A stretch of 64,000 nucleotides of DNA from the human T2T-CHM13v2.0 reference genome, Homo sapiens. The position numbers were made by a program, and so were the translations under genes. This document shows, piece after piece, positions 25,331-38,054 of this stretch; the stretch's first letter is position 1, and each line of letters starts with the position of its first letter. The notes under the pieces are model-generated. The model made no database searches, was not told the DNA's origin, and worked only from the letters and a program-made list of their open reading frames with translations. The DNA lies in the NCBI RefSeq assembly GCF_009914755.1, contig NC_060942.1; one strand, written 5' to 3'.

Positions 25331-28293
25331 GAACAAGATCACCCTGAACTCCCAAAGAGTCCAAGAGAGGAGAGTCCTCCGCCCACACAGGGAGATTCCC
25401 AAGACATACTGTCACGTGGGGAAGCAGGCTGAGGAACAAGACACATCAAATGCGCTTACTACGTACCAAAACAAGAAAAAAATCTACACATACGCTTACA
25501 CAAGCAAATACATTTTAAAGACCTAGGAGGGTCAGAAGTAAACTCTCAGGAAGAGGTGAGGCCGGTAAGGACAGTCAACAGAGGAGGATCGCTCCTTTCC
25601 AAGCACTTCCTCACCATCGGGATTTCTTTGCAATGTGCAGGTGTTCACAAAAGATGTGTGGATGTTCTAAAGGATGAGCAGAACTCTAAAACCAGGAGCC
25701 TAGCATGGGTCTAGCCCAGGAAATGGGAGCTCCTCCTGCCATAGCTAGCCCTGAAGCCCACGCAGAGGCCAGGAGGCCGCTCAGGAGGAGGGCGAGCGGG
25801 CAGGGCAGGGAGGTCAGCACGAGATGCAGGCTGACCCCGGGGAAGTTGGGCCTTGCCTCCCCCTCTCCCTCCCGGGGACAAGATCAGCAGCACCTGGTAG
25901 GGGATGAGGAGTCCTGAGCCAAGAAGATGGGTCTGGGGTCTCAGGTCTTGTCTTGGAAGCCCCTCCCCCAGCACAGGGCATCAGAAAGAGCTGAGAAGTG
26001 AAAGATGCAGATGGCACCCAGGGCCAAGGGCCTGAGGGTCCCAGGAGGAAACAGGTGTGTGGGGAGCAACAATGGCACATGCAGGCACATGGAGACTCCT
26101 CCTGGCCTGGGATTTTGTCCATGGCCTTGGGACAGATAAAAGACAACAAGCTCAGGCATCCTCTGAGACTGGACCTAGAGCCGTGGCCTCCAGATGCAGC
26201 AATCCACGCTCCCCAGCCTCTGGGCTCACTGAGGTGTTTTGTGCTAAGATGCCCCCTGGGCTCCTGACTCTGCCCATTCTAGTAAGAAGAGGAGTAGGGG
26301 GAGGAACAGAGGTGCCCACAGTGAAGGAAGACGATGACCAAGGCCAGCAGTGCACAAAGGAGGGTGTGGGTGACCCTGGACACCCTGTGACCAGGGAAAG
26401 GTCAGCTTCTTGTCCCCATTCCAGACACGCCCTGCTGGGCTGACAGCTGCACACTGCCCAGGAAACTTCCACAACCACCAGCAGCAGCATCCCCCAAATC
26501 AAGACATCTTTAAACTCAAAGAAAAAGATCTTCCACTCGAGAAAGAATAACCAGGAAATTCTGACCCAGAATGGAAAATGATGCGCCGAGCAGTGGCTAC
26601 GGAAAAGGTATCAAGGAATCCAATGTCTGCCAGACACCGCACGGCTACCAGGCTGTTCTGCAAAAGCAAACACGGTGCCCTTTTGTTACTGAGGTTTCAA
26701 AACAACATCAAGAATTTGTTTCTAAGTGGAGTGTAGGCTATCACCATAGAAACCGCAGAGACTCTGTCTTGCTGGTGTGACGCACAACCTGTCCAGAACC
26801 TTCTGTTCAGAGCTTCTGAAAATTCCCGAGCCAGTATCTTCCAATTGCTTTTTTCATACCTGAACTTCAGGAACTTCCTGGGCCACCTTCTGGGGGCACC
26901 TTTAACTGCATTTCAAGGTTCTTACCAACACATCCCTATCTGTCCATGATGCTTCCGAAGGTTTAGGCCTTGATTTCAGTCTCATGGCCCTGGACCTACC
27001 ATCTTCCATCATTTTTGAAAAAGTAGAACCCAGTAATATTTCTTAAAAATGAAAAAATTTCAATCCATTCCACTCCTATCATGTCCTAGTCTAATACCGA
27101 AATAATCTATAAAAATCACATTCTCATGAGTCACGTAGTAATCAATTTTTAAAAACCAGTGACATCACAGATTAATTTTAAATCAAAGGAAACACAATTT
27201 AACTAGTCAGACTGGAAACCTGGCCATCATTTCAATATCAAAAATGTTCTCTAATTGTCCAGTCCAATGAACAAACTATCCCAATAATGTCTATATTGGA
27301 ATCAATCACTGGATTATCATAGGTACCAACAACCTAATTTCATGACTTTGAAGGCAGCTGCCATTCTCCATCAGGTTTCAGATATGAGATTCAAGCATGT
27401 ATGTAAGTTTTCTATAGGATGGCCAGCTCAACAAATGGCACCGTGGAATTATCATTTTAAGTGATACATTTCAGTAACCAAGTAGGTTATTAAATAAAAC
27501 AGTAATTGTATTAAATTTGGAAGAGAATTTATTCATAGTGCTGAACGTAACTATTCTGGAGTTAAGAGAAAGAACATGAGTAACACTCAGATTTGGCACA
27601 TCTATACAGGAACATATTTGGCAGCTAACAGTTCGCCCAAATGTCTTACTAATCTGTGAAAATACTTCTTTCAAATCAATGGCTTCCTTTGTAAAGAAAG
27701 CAGGAGACAAGGCCTCCTGTAAATGGATATCGCTATGTGAACCATGCATACAGAATCAGGTAAAATCTCAGTAACTGGAGTCTTACTTTCTAACCTTTAA
27801 TCCAGAGACAAATATCCCTAGCTTTTTAAAATTCTAGTAAAATACAGACCTAAAATGGCAATCCATTTTAATATGCAAAGGCTTATGCAAATTATATATG
27901 CAAATACTGGATCCTATCAATAGCCGACAAATCCCTCATGAAAAACTAGCCTCAGATTAGGTCCAGCACACAGAAAATTATCTAAGAACCACAAAAAGAA
28001 AAACCACATACACACAAATGAAAAATTACGAACTTGTGCCAGAGACGAGGACACACACACACACACACAAAAACACTTATCAAATAAAACTTAAATGCTT
28101 CAAGCATTTAAAAGAAAGTCTAAACTTATGAAATAATTCAGTGTGCCCATGATGAAAATGCAGACTAAGAATGATGCAAATCAAATGGCAAGCCACAGAT
28201 TCCTTTAAGAACTGACTGAGCCTAAGTCATACCAGGAAGTCAATCCTGAAAGCAGCGAGAGAGGGGCTGCTCTGGAAGGTCCTGTGCCCGGCA

Positions 28294-28704
28294 TGACGGG
28301 GCTTGGACATCTGCTGCCTCCAAACCTCATGTTGCGACCGATTCCCTTTGTTGGAGGTGGGGCCCGAGGGGCGGTGTCTGGGCCATGGGGATGGGTCCCT
28401 TACGAATGGCTTGGTGCTCATTGCAACGAGTGAGTTCTCGCTGAGTTCACGCGAGATCTGGCGGTTTCAGAGTGCGTGGCACCTTCCCTTCTCTCTCTTG
28501 CTCCCGCTCTTGCCATGTGACACATGGGCTCCCCTTGACCTTCCACCATGATCCTAAGCTTCTTAAGGCTTCACTGAAAGCAGATGCTGGCACCATGCTC
28601 CCTATACAGTCTGCAGAACCGTGGGCCAAAATCAATCTCTTTTCTTTATACATTGCCCAAGTCTCGGGTATTCCTTTACAGAAACACAAGAATGGACTAA
28701 CACG
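28294..28704 (+). mobile_element. MST (MSTB-like) MaLR solo LTR
   Basis: ccaaacctcatgttg, gttggaggtggggccc, gcagatgctggcaccatgct, ctcgggtattccttta, gaatggactaacac. Confidence 0.85.
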
Positions 28705-28994
28705 CAGTGCACCAGCAGTGCCCCATGCATTCCGCCTCCAGGTGTGTTCAGGCGGCCCCGCCCACCACTGCCCTGGCGGGAACAGGACAGGGTCTGCTAT
28801 TCTAAGCAGCCACCAATGCCAGGGCCAATGGCAAAGTTCCCGTGGATGAGACGCTTTGGAGATAGTCTCTGCAGATGTCACCAGTTGAACAAGGAAGGAC
28901 TCCTTAAGGAAAGGACAGGCTTTGGGATCTATCTAGAGATCCTCAAAATGTGGCGCCCACAGCACTCCTCAAGCAATGGGATGGCCAGTCCTCC

Positions 28995-29275
28995 AGCACC
29001 TGCCCTCCTCCGCAGCCTCTGCCTTCGGCACCAACACCGTGCAAAGCACCAGCACCATCGATACCTGCTCACCCCATAGGCCTCTGCCTTGAGTGCTCAT
29101 GCTGTGGAAAGCCTCAGTACTGTCATTACCTGCTCTCCCCACAGGTCTCTGCCTTCCGTGCCAACACCGTGCAAAGCACCAGCACCACCGCTACGTTCTC
29201 ACCCCATCGGCCTCTGCCTTCAATGCCAGTGTTGTGCAAAGGGCCAGCACCGTCACTACCTGCTTACCAGGCCCA
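28995..29275. repeat. 65-bp tandem repeat, ~4.3 copies
   Basis: g(c/t)ctctgcctt at 29015, 29080, 29145 and 29210. Confidence 0.85.
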
Positions 29276-32200
29276 TCACCTCACCTGAGCTGAAACAGAG
29301 ACCATGCACTCAACTGTGTCCTTGACAGCTCACTCTTCCGTGTCACCTGAGCCCTGTGTGCTGGAGCTCAGTGGAGAGCAGCCCCAGATGGGACTCCAGA
29401 GCCTACAGCCCCACTCTCTGGGCCCCAGCGCCAATGAAACTCATGGATCTTCCCACATCCTCTGGCCTCCAAAGGCCATCAGGCCCACGGCCCTCTGTAC
29501 TGAGGTGGGAAACCATCCAGTGGCCTGACCAACCTCTCTCTAGGAAGCCTGCCGTGACAGTCTGGGGCCCAGGCAGGACCCCATGCCCAGGGTCACTCGA
29601 TGTTAGCATCACTCTCTACTGGGAAAGGGCTTAGCCAACTTCTGCTCCTCATCCACAGTAACAACAGATCAGTAACAAAGGCCCCAGACACAGCAACTCC
29701 AAGCCATGGCTCTAACACGAGGCGTGTAGGGCCAGAAGAAGGGAAGAAGGCGACCTCCCCAAATCCTCACTCCATTGAGTCCAACAACACCAAAAGCGAG
29801 ACCTGGCCGCACATCCTGAGTCCACACAGCCTGAGTGGCAACGACACTGAAATCCACACATGCGGCACTTTCCATTGAAGACTCTGTAGGCTTCTGAGAT
29901 GCTCCCATTAAATACTAACTGTAAGGCCAGCCTCTGCTGCGACTGCTGTTCATCGCTGTTTCTGTTATCAGACAGGAAGATCTCTAGAGTCTAGACATCC
30001 AGTAAAAAGCACCACTGACCGCTGAGTACTCCCGTGCAAAACTACCCACTCCCGAATACAACATTTCTCCATGGAGTTCGCTGTCAACTCTGAAGAACAG
30101 AATTCATCAAGGTGCAGCTCCAGCCACTGTTCTCAGCGTGAGTCCTGCGGGGCCCTCAAGAAAAAGCAGGTCTGGCCCCTGTCTTCAATGAGATGGCAAT
30201 TTGAGGATGCCTGACGCAAGGCGGATGCTGGGGACAGAGAGGGTCATCCTGCCTGAAAAGAATGTGTCCACGCAACAGGGAGGAATGGGGCCAGCCTGAG
30301 GCCCAGGTTTGCATTCCACCCTGGGTGCCGTACCGCGGCTGCACGCTCAGGCCTTGTGGAGGAGACATGGGAGCCTTGAGTCTGGGCATAGCATCCGGGT
30401 CACAGCAAGGTGGAGAGGGGAGAAGACGGGCAGGTGCCAGAGCTGAAACGCATATGGAGCTGGGAGCCACCTCAGCTTGCAAGGAGGAACACCAAAGGGC
30501 TGGGCAGAAGGGTGGGAATCCGTGCGTTAAGCAAACGCCTAGTGAAGAATCGAGAAAGGATGGGCTTAGTCGCAGCACATCACGGATACAGGAGGGCGAC
30601 AACACAACCAACACAGGCAGGTGCAGAATCATCAGTCGGAATGACTAGAATCTCCCAAAAAGCTCAGCAGCAAGGCATCATCTCACGGTGCCACGTCCCC
30701 AGCTCCACAGGGGTGCACACCGCTCCATGGCATCACACCTCTCCTGGCCGGGAAACCCCACCGCGACCGCCAGCACCTTTTCTCACAGGTGCACCAAGCC
30801 CTCGGCAACGCCTTACCCAACCCAGCACCTGCTGCTCTGGCCGTTGCTGTCCGTTCTTCCAGCTGGTCAGGAACTGACGGCTCGGAGTGGAATCAGACCT
30901 CCCTCTTTACCAGGAGCGATCCTGCCTGGTCCATGAGATGCCCTATCTCACGGGAACGGGGTGCAAGAACCAAATTCAGGCATTTCTGCTCACTATTGAT
31001 AGATGAAATCTACAAAAAGGAACCCTTCCATTTCAAGCCAGAGAAACAAGTTCAAGTCACACCTGGGAGGACCGAGCGCCACTTCTTCACGACACAGCAA
31101 CAATGACATTCACCCAACAGGTTCGGGGCTGAAAGTCGTATCCAGCACTACCCCTCCTGCAGACTGGAAAATGCCAAATCTAGCAGGGAAAGGAGAATTA
31201 AAGTAAAGAAGTTTAGCATATGAGGCAAAGAGAAAAGGCTGAAAACTGTTCCATCCAATAAGAATCTGTAAACGCATCCACTGGCTCTGGAGTCCGAGAA
31301 TATCACGAACTTCTCTTTCAGTGAACATCACTGAATGTCTATCCTAAGTAACTTCCTACGTGGCAGGAAGGAAACTCGGCACACCCCACAGGACTTCTGC
31401 ACAGAGTACCACGGCTGTGGCTGTGGGACATCCCGGCCTGCGTACAACATGGGCACAAGTGCAGATGCAGAATCTGAGCCGTCCTGGGACTACGCATTCC
31501 TGCCCCTCGCGGACACACCAGGAAGGGGACCCTTTCCCAGGCTGGAAGCTGGACACTAACAGGAAGAGTGCGTGTGCAGGATACCCACAGTGTGCCAGGA
31601 ACACACAGGAAACAGAGCAAGGACAGCAGCTTCGGTGGAAATCACAGCCTCCCCACTGCAACGCAGGACACTGCAAATTCCCAGGGGCTGAAGAACTTCT
31701 AATACCACACTGTGACTTGGTGACTAAAAGAGAATTAAAATCCACACTTCTGAGTCCAAGCTCATGTGCCCTCCACCAATGATGCCGTGTTTGAGCAATG
31801 CACACACCATTCGGCATGGGGCAAAAGCCAACCCTGCCCTGTGCCCTGGTTTCCTTACCAATAAAACGGGAGGATAGAATGGATACCTCTTAGTTCCCTC
31901 CCACCTCGAAAATTCTATGATCCTATCTTGAGTTAAAAGAGAGAGAGAAGATAAGTGTTTGAATTTTCCTGGCAAACCAAAATGTCTGCCTGATGTTTGT
32001 TTCACGGTACCAAGTACGTACATCCCACATGTATTTCTCAGTGGCGGGAAGAAAGCCCCGGAGTATAATCTCTGAAGTCTAACGCTTTTCACAGTCTAAT
32101 AAATTCATTCTGGAAGGTCAGAAAATGTAGCACTCTGTTCAAGCAAATATCAGCATGCATGCCATGCATAGATTATCAACGCTGAAAGAATCAGAATACA

Positions 32201-33585
32201 ATAAAACGTATTTAGGAGACACTATTCTCCTCATAATTTAATCTTCCTCTGATAACTCGGAAAGCACATGAGGACACCCAGGGCCCTGTGAACAATCACC
32301 GTCGTGTTCATGTGTGCGGGAGCGCGGATTAAGAGTGGGCTCCGGTTGCTAAGATGCTGACTACATCACAAGGCATTCTGCATGTGACTGTCAACTACAT
32401 CTGAATATTTTTCTGGAAGAACACTGCTGCATTTTTATACTAAACAAGAATTTAATATCAGGGTTTTCCAACTCATACTTTACTCCCAACGAAAGGAACT
32501 CCTCAGAACTCCGTACAGGGTAAAGTCACGGAGGATGTCTTCTCTCCAGGTAGAGCCCTGGAGAGCCCTCTGCAGGGCACACCGTGCCAGCTCTTCCAAA
32601 GCCTGCAATCGGCCTGCAGCTTCCTGACCTCGGTCTCCGTTCTTCTGAATTTCTGTCTCACCAGATCCCACTCTGGTTTTGTTCTCTGGATGTTCTATGG
32701 CTCATTTTGGTTAGGGAAAACACCCCAGGGAGCCCTGTCAGGCCTGGCATGGGCCACATGGCGGACAGTAGCTCTCACTTTTTGGGGGCACCTGACTTCA
32801 GGACAGCCTGTCACCCCTGCACTTCAGGAGCACCAGAGCAGTCTATGTGTGAACATTTATTAGATATTATGCAAGATGAGCCTGGGGCTGTGGCACGACG
32901 AAGGAACTGGGCAGAGCCCGGCCGAATGAACCTGTCTGGATACTAAGGGGGGCTGGCCTTCTGCTTTTTACCTTTACCCATTCTGCAAGCTCCTGTTTAA
33001 TAGAGGGCCCCAATGCCACCAAGACCCCCTCAGAATGAGGACATCCCACAGCTCCAGGCCATGGAGTGGCGTTTGCCATGAAATTGTTCCCAGCCGTGTG
33101 TGCTTTCCTTCCCCAGCTGAACTGGATGCTATTTCCTGCCTACACTTGGAACTTCCCTTGATGAACGCACTTCACTCGTTTTCTCTCCTCCTTGGTCCAC
33201 AACCTCTTTCTTTGAATCGTTTTGAGCCTCTCGTGGGACCCATGATGAACACTGTGTGAGGACAAGCGCTCCTCCCAACCCATGACTTGGCTTCAGAGAG
33301 AGCTTTGCCCGTGTTGCGTCCAAGCCAGGACACCGCTGAGTCCCCGAGAGACTCAGCATCGCGAGTGGATTCAGCTGCAAGGTCAGTGCGCGAAGGTATT
33401 GTGAGAGCTCCTCCTGCTCTACCTTGAAGAAACGCTTAGAAGAAGTACCATATAAAGGTTGCCCACACCCAGCAGGCTTGGCCGCACAGGCAGACACCCC
33501 TCCCAGCTCACCCCCTCATTCCATTCTCCCTTCCGCTGGCCAAATTCACCCTCAATCCTGTTTCAACGGGTAAACACATCCTCCA

Positions 33586-33923
<338 letters not shown>

Positions 33924-34391
33924 TCACCCTCCCTAAGCTATTCTAATTGCTGTCTGTGTTCTATCAGAAAGAAAGAAGGACAGTTGTTGAACCTCTGTGC
34001 CCAGCCGCATGACTGCAGCCTGGCCTTCCTCACAGCCAGCGCACCAGCACGGACAGCCAGCCAGCCTCCAAGCACGTGCTCAGCAAACACCTTACAGCAA
34101 AAGCCTCAGTGCGCCTGGTGACAGTGGAAAGAAGATGGGCTCTGAGGACGGGGCTGCTGGGCGGCAGGGAGGCAGCCAGCGAGGGGACGGGAAACGTGAG
34201 ACACTCTGAAGGTAGAGCCATTTCCTCCTTTAATTACCTTTCCTTCCCTTGACCATATTTTTTTTTTTCTTTGAAGACTCTTTCCTTGATTCTTCAAATT
34301 GCATATAATACCAAGGCACTTGTTCCAAGCACTTTTTTTATTCTATTGAGTCATACAATTTGCCATTATGTTGATCAAAAACAGTTGAACA

Positions 34392-34705
34392 CAATGGTCC
34401 TTTGTGGGACAGGGGTGACTGATTCCAGGACTCCCCGATACCAAAATCCAGGATGCTCAAGTCCCTGGTGTAAATGCCTGCGTGTAACCCACGCACATCC
34501 TCCCGTACACTGTAAATCATCTCTAGGTTACTTATAATAATGCAATGTAAATGCTCTATAAATTCTGCTGTGTTGTTTAGGGAATAACAAAAAAAAGCCT
34601 GTATATGTTCAGTACAGATATAAACATCTATTTTTCTTTAATATTTTCAGGCTGTGGTTGCTTGAATCCAAAGATGTGGAATCCACGGATACACAGGGCC
34701 AACTG
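34392..34705. mobile_element. MER2 (TcMar-Tigger) DNA transposon relic
   Basis: gattccaggac..gataccaaaatccaggatgctcaagtccct, taaatcatctctaggttacttataa, terminus ggatacacagggccaactg followed by TA. Confidence 0.85.
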
Positions 34706-37539
34706 TACTTGTAACTTCCCACAACATCCTCTAAAACTTGAGGGTGTCCCATCTATTGAGTCGCAGTGAGTATCTAAAAAGTGAGGGTGGGTTCAACAGG
34801 ATGGAGTATGGATTTTACATGACAGATATTAGCACGACAAGAAATGGTGAAAAGCGGGAGTAGTGAAATTAGTCTTGAATGATATGCAGCTCAACGGGGC
34901 ACCGCTTGTGCATTATGAGCACCTCAGAGCATCCGCCATGGCCTGGGCACCAGGCATCCCAGTCCAGGCACTTCTCAGGATGGCACGAACTCTGACAGCA
35001 AATCTTCCAGAGATGTGCAGCCTCTCTGCATGCTTCTGTTATTCCTAAGTCGCCTAAATGCTTTCTGAGCAGAATTCTATTTTGGCCCATACACTGAAGG
35101 TTTGTATGTCTCCTTGCAAAGCAATATTCGTTTTTCCTTAGTGATGGTTTCTAAGCTCCCTGAGCCTACTTGTGTTTGGGAATGTTGGAAATGTTGATTT
35201 TTACAAACTCCAATTAGATGCCCTTTCACCCCTCTTTCTTACTAAAAATATTAACTTTTTATGAAGTCCAAAAGTAGACTTTCTGTCCATGCCACGTCTC
35301 TTTCTCAGTGGAGGATTTAAATCTAGTAACATATTCCCAATGACTGACTTTTTTTCCATAATTTTGCACTTCTACTATTTTAAGTCAATAACGAGAGCTG
35401 CTGTGACCAAGTCTTATGTGGGGATAAAAGTAACATGAATATCAGAACACTTTCCAGAGGAATAGATGGCAACATTCAACTGACGAAACATGTTCCATAA
35501 AAAAAAAGGAGAGGAGTTTCTTTCACTTAATCTAATAATGCAAATTATTTCCAGATCCAGAAACAGCATTCAAATCAATTCCCAGATGTCAAAGAAAATG
35601 TTCGGGCAAAATTATGGCACAACTGGGTATTACTGGAATGGTCGCATAGATCTGAATTCTAATTTCAACTGTGCTCCCACAGGCAGGCTGGCTGCTGCTT
35701 GTAAGAACCACTGTGATCTTTCGTTCCTCAATTCCCACACAGACACTCTAACAGTGTTAACCAATCATCCCATCAGAGTTCCATGAGAATTTAAAATAAC
35801 CTAACACTTAAAGAACTAAGTAATCTTTTTAGTAACAGGAAAGGCAAGCATTTCCCAAAGTTGCGTGTATTTTTTCAGAAAAAGAAAGGAATGCTGCAGA
35901 TTTAAATATGAGATTCAAAATACCCAGTTTCTTTTCCAAGCTAGCCCTGTGAAAGACCTGGGCCAAATCCCACAAATCACAGTGTTTTGAGAGTAGTTAA
36001 ATCAATGGAACACGGTCTCTCTCTCCTTAAAGAATATCCATGAATTAGTAATTTGTTGCTACACTAGACCATTAAAGGCAGCTGTTGTGAGTGAAAAGTT
36101 GGTGTTTTTAGATAGAAAGATACTGTCCTTTGGGATTACGGAAAGTGACCCACATACACCTACAGGGCTCTTCCATGTTTCATGCCTCTGTCGAGCCATA
36201 AATTTCTGTCCTCTCTCAATAAGCTGAAATATCCTATTTATTCTATCACCAACTGTTTGTTACATTCAACTATGATACATGTCTTGTTATAGAATCAGCT
36301 GAGGTCTGTATTAACTTTCTCAAAAAGTTACACATAGAGAAAAATATATATAATGTCTTTAAGACATAAACAGTAGTCTCTAAAATTTAATGAGCCTGAA
36401 AAAAGAGTACCTTCCAATTTATGATGGGAATCATTTGATCTTTCCAACTTCTTGATTTCTAAAAGCACTACTGGATTAGCTTACTATGAATCAGGTGACC
36501 ACCATCATAATCAATGGGGTGAGTGAGGCCCAAGAGCTTTTCCAAATATTAAGAATATTTCTCTTAAAAGTGAAAAGAAAAAAAACCCATAGTCCTAGCC
36601 CAATATTTTGTCCAGCATGTGCTCCAAAAAGTAGACAGAGTATTACTGGAACATAACCAGTAAAATCTGTATTTATAAAAATAAAAAAAGAACACCGAGA
36701 ATTAAACTTAAAAGAAGTCAACCAGGGGTCACGATGGGGTCAACCCGGTTTCACATGACAAATTATTCAAAAAATCCAAAAGTGTTCATTGAATGAGCAC
36801 AGCATTTTCAGAGAAGACCATGTCCCCCTGCTCCTCCCACGGGGACCAATGACTAAAACGCGAAGTTAAAATACGTATTACTGAAAAGTCATTTATCTAT
36901 GTATACACTCATAACCTGTGCGTGGATTCAACACAAGTTTTGCTACAGGAGAAAAGACTTGCCTTCTACATCTTTGTTGACTCAATATGCATTTCAGTGT
37001 AACAGACCCTCACATAACACACTTGTGTAAGACGCTAATAAACTCTGTCCAGGTTTGGCCAAATCTCTAATAAGGAAAAATGACACGGTCTTCTGTTTTG
37101 TTGTGAAATAATACAGCACAGCAGTCATCTTCTTCACCACAGAATATAAACAGCCCTGCCCCGGGCTTGGATTTCTATCACTCTTAACAGTCCAGGTAAA
37201 AAGCAACAGTCAGTAACGGCGTTGCAGAGAAGGGAAAAACATCTTTGGCTTTGTGGAGAAACATGCAAGTTCTCTAACTGAAACATCACTTTCCACTTAA
37301 AACAATTATGCAAAGCAAAAAATAATAAAAGAAATATCAAAATGTTTAAAATTTATAGAAAGTAGGAGAATTATGAAAACAAAGTTGGCCAAGCATCTTT
37401 AAATATTTACATGGCTATGTGAAAAGTAATCTGTTCCAATTAACTGTCTCTAAACCCACAGGGTTACTTGAATCCAAAAAGATTAATTATAACTGCACAC
37501 CAATTTGAAGATAGTCTTCTACCCAGCTGGAGTGGAGGA

Positions 37540-37541
<2 letters not shown>

Positions 37542-37578
<37 letters not shown>

Positions 37579-37591
37579 CGCGCGCATGCAT
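37542..37591. repeat. G(TG)14(CG)7CATGCAT compound microsatellite, Z-DNA prone
   Basis: 50 bp of uninterrupted purine/pyrimidine alternation. Confidence 0.95.
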
Positions 37592-38054
37592 CGTATGGTG
37601 AGAACTGGGTCTGAAGCAGAAAAAGAAGGGGGTGAATGTCTCAGAAGGGATCCATGATGGTGTTCTTTGCTCAGAAATTAGGATTACAGATGCTCAGGTG
37701 AGACCATCAACCCTAGAGGTCAAAGGTGTGAGTATATGCAAACACTGAAAGGGGCTCCAAGGGGAGCTGATGGGTGTCTGTGTCTGCACTCCAAAGTGCC
37801 AGTTCCAGATCCATACTGGGGACAGATTCCTGGGTGTGGGGGACCCTGGGCACAGGGACCCTGGGCAAGGGCACAAGGCCACCCGGGTGTGGAGTCCTGA
37901 GTCCCAGGGTTACCTGAGCATAGGCCTAGCTGAGTAAAGGGCCACCGGGTAAGGGGCTAATGAGCGAGCCTACTTGAGTATACGTTTACCTGGAAGCAGG
38001 AACCCCCTGAGCCTGGGATCCCAGGACCCAGGCCACCTGGGTACACTTGCTCAC

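Noticed and set aside
37957-38054. Read-through of the ZNF516 ORF past the donor (..EQVYPGG..LAH*) as an alternative C-terminus
   Set aside because: A strong CAG|GTGAGC donor is present and I saw no nearby sense-strand AATAAA; an open frame of this length is expected in GC-rich DNA.
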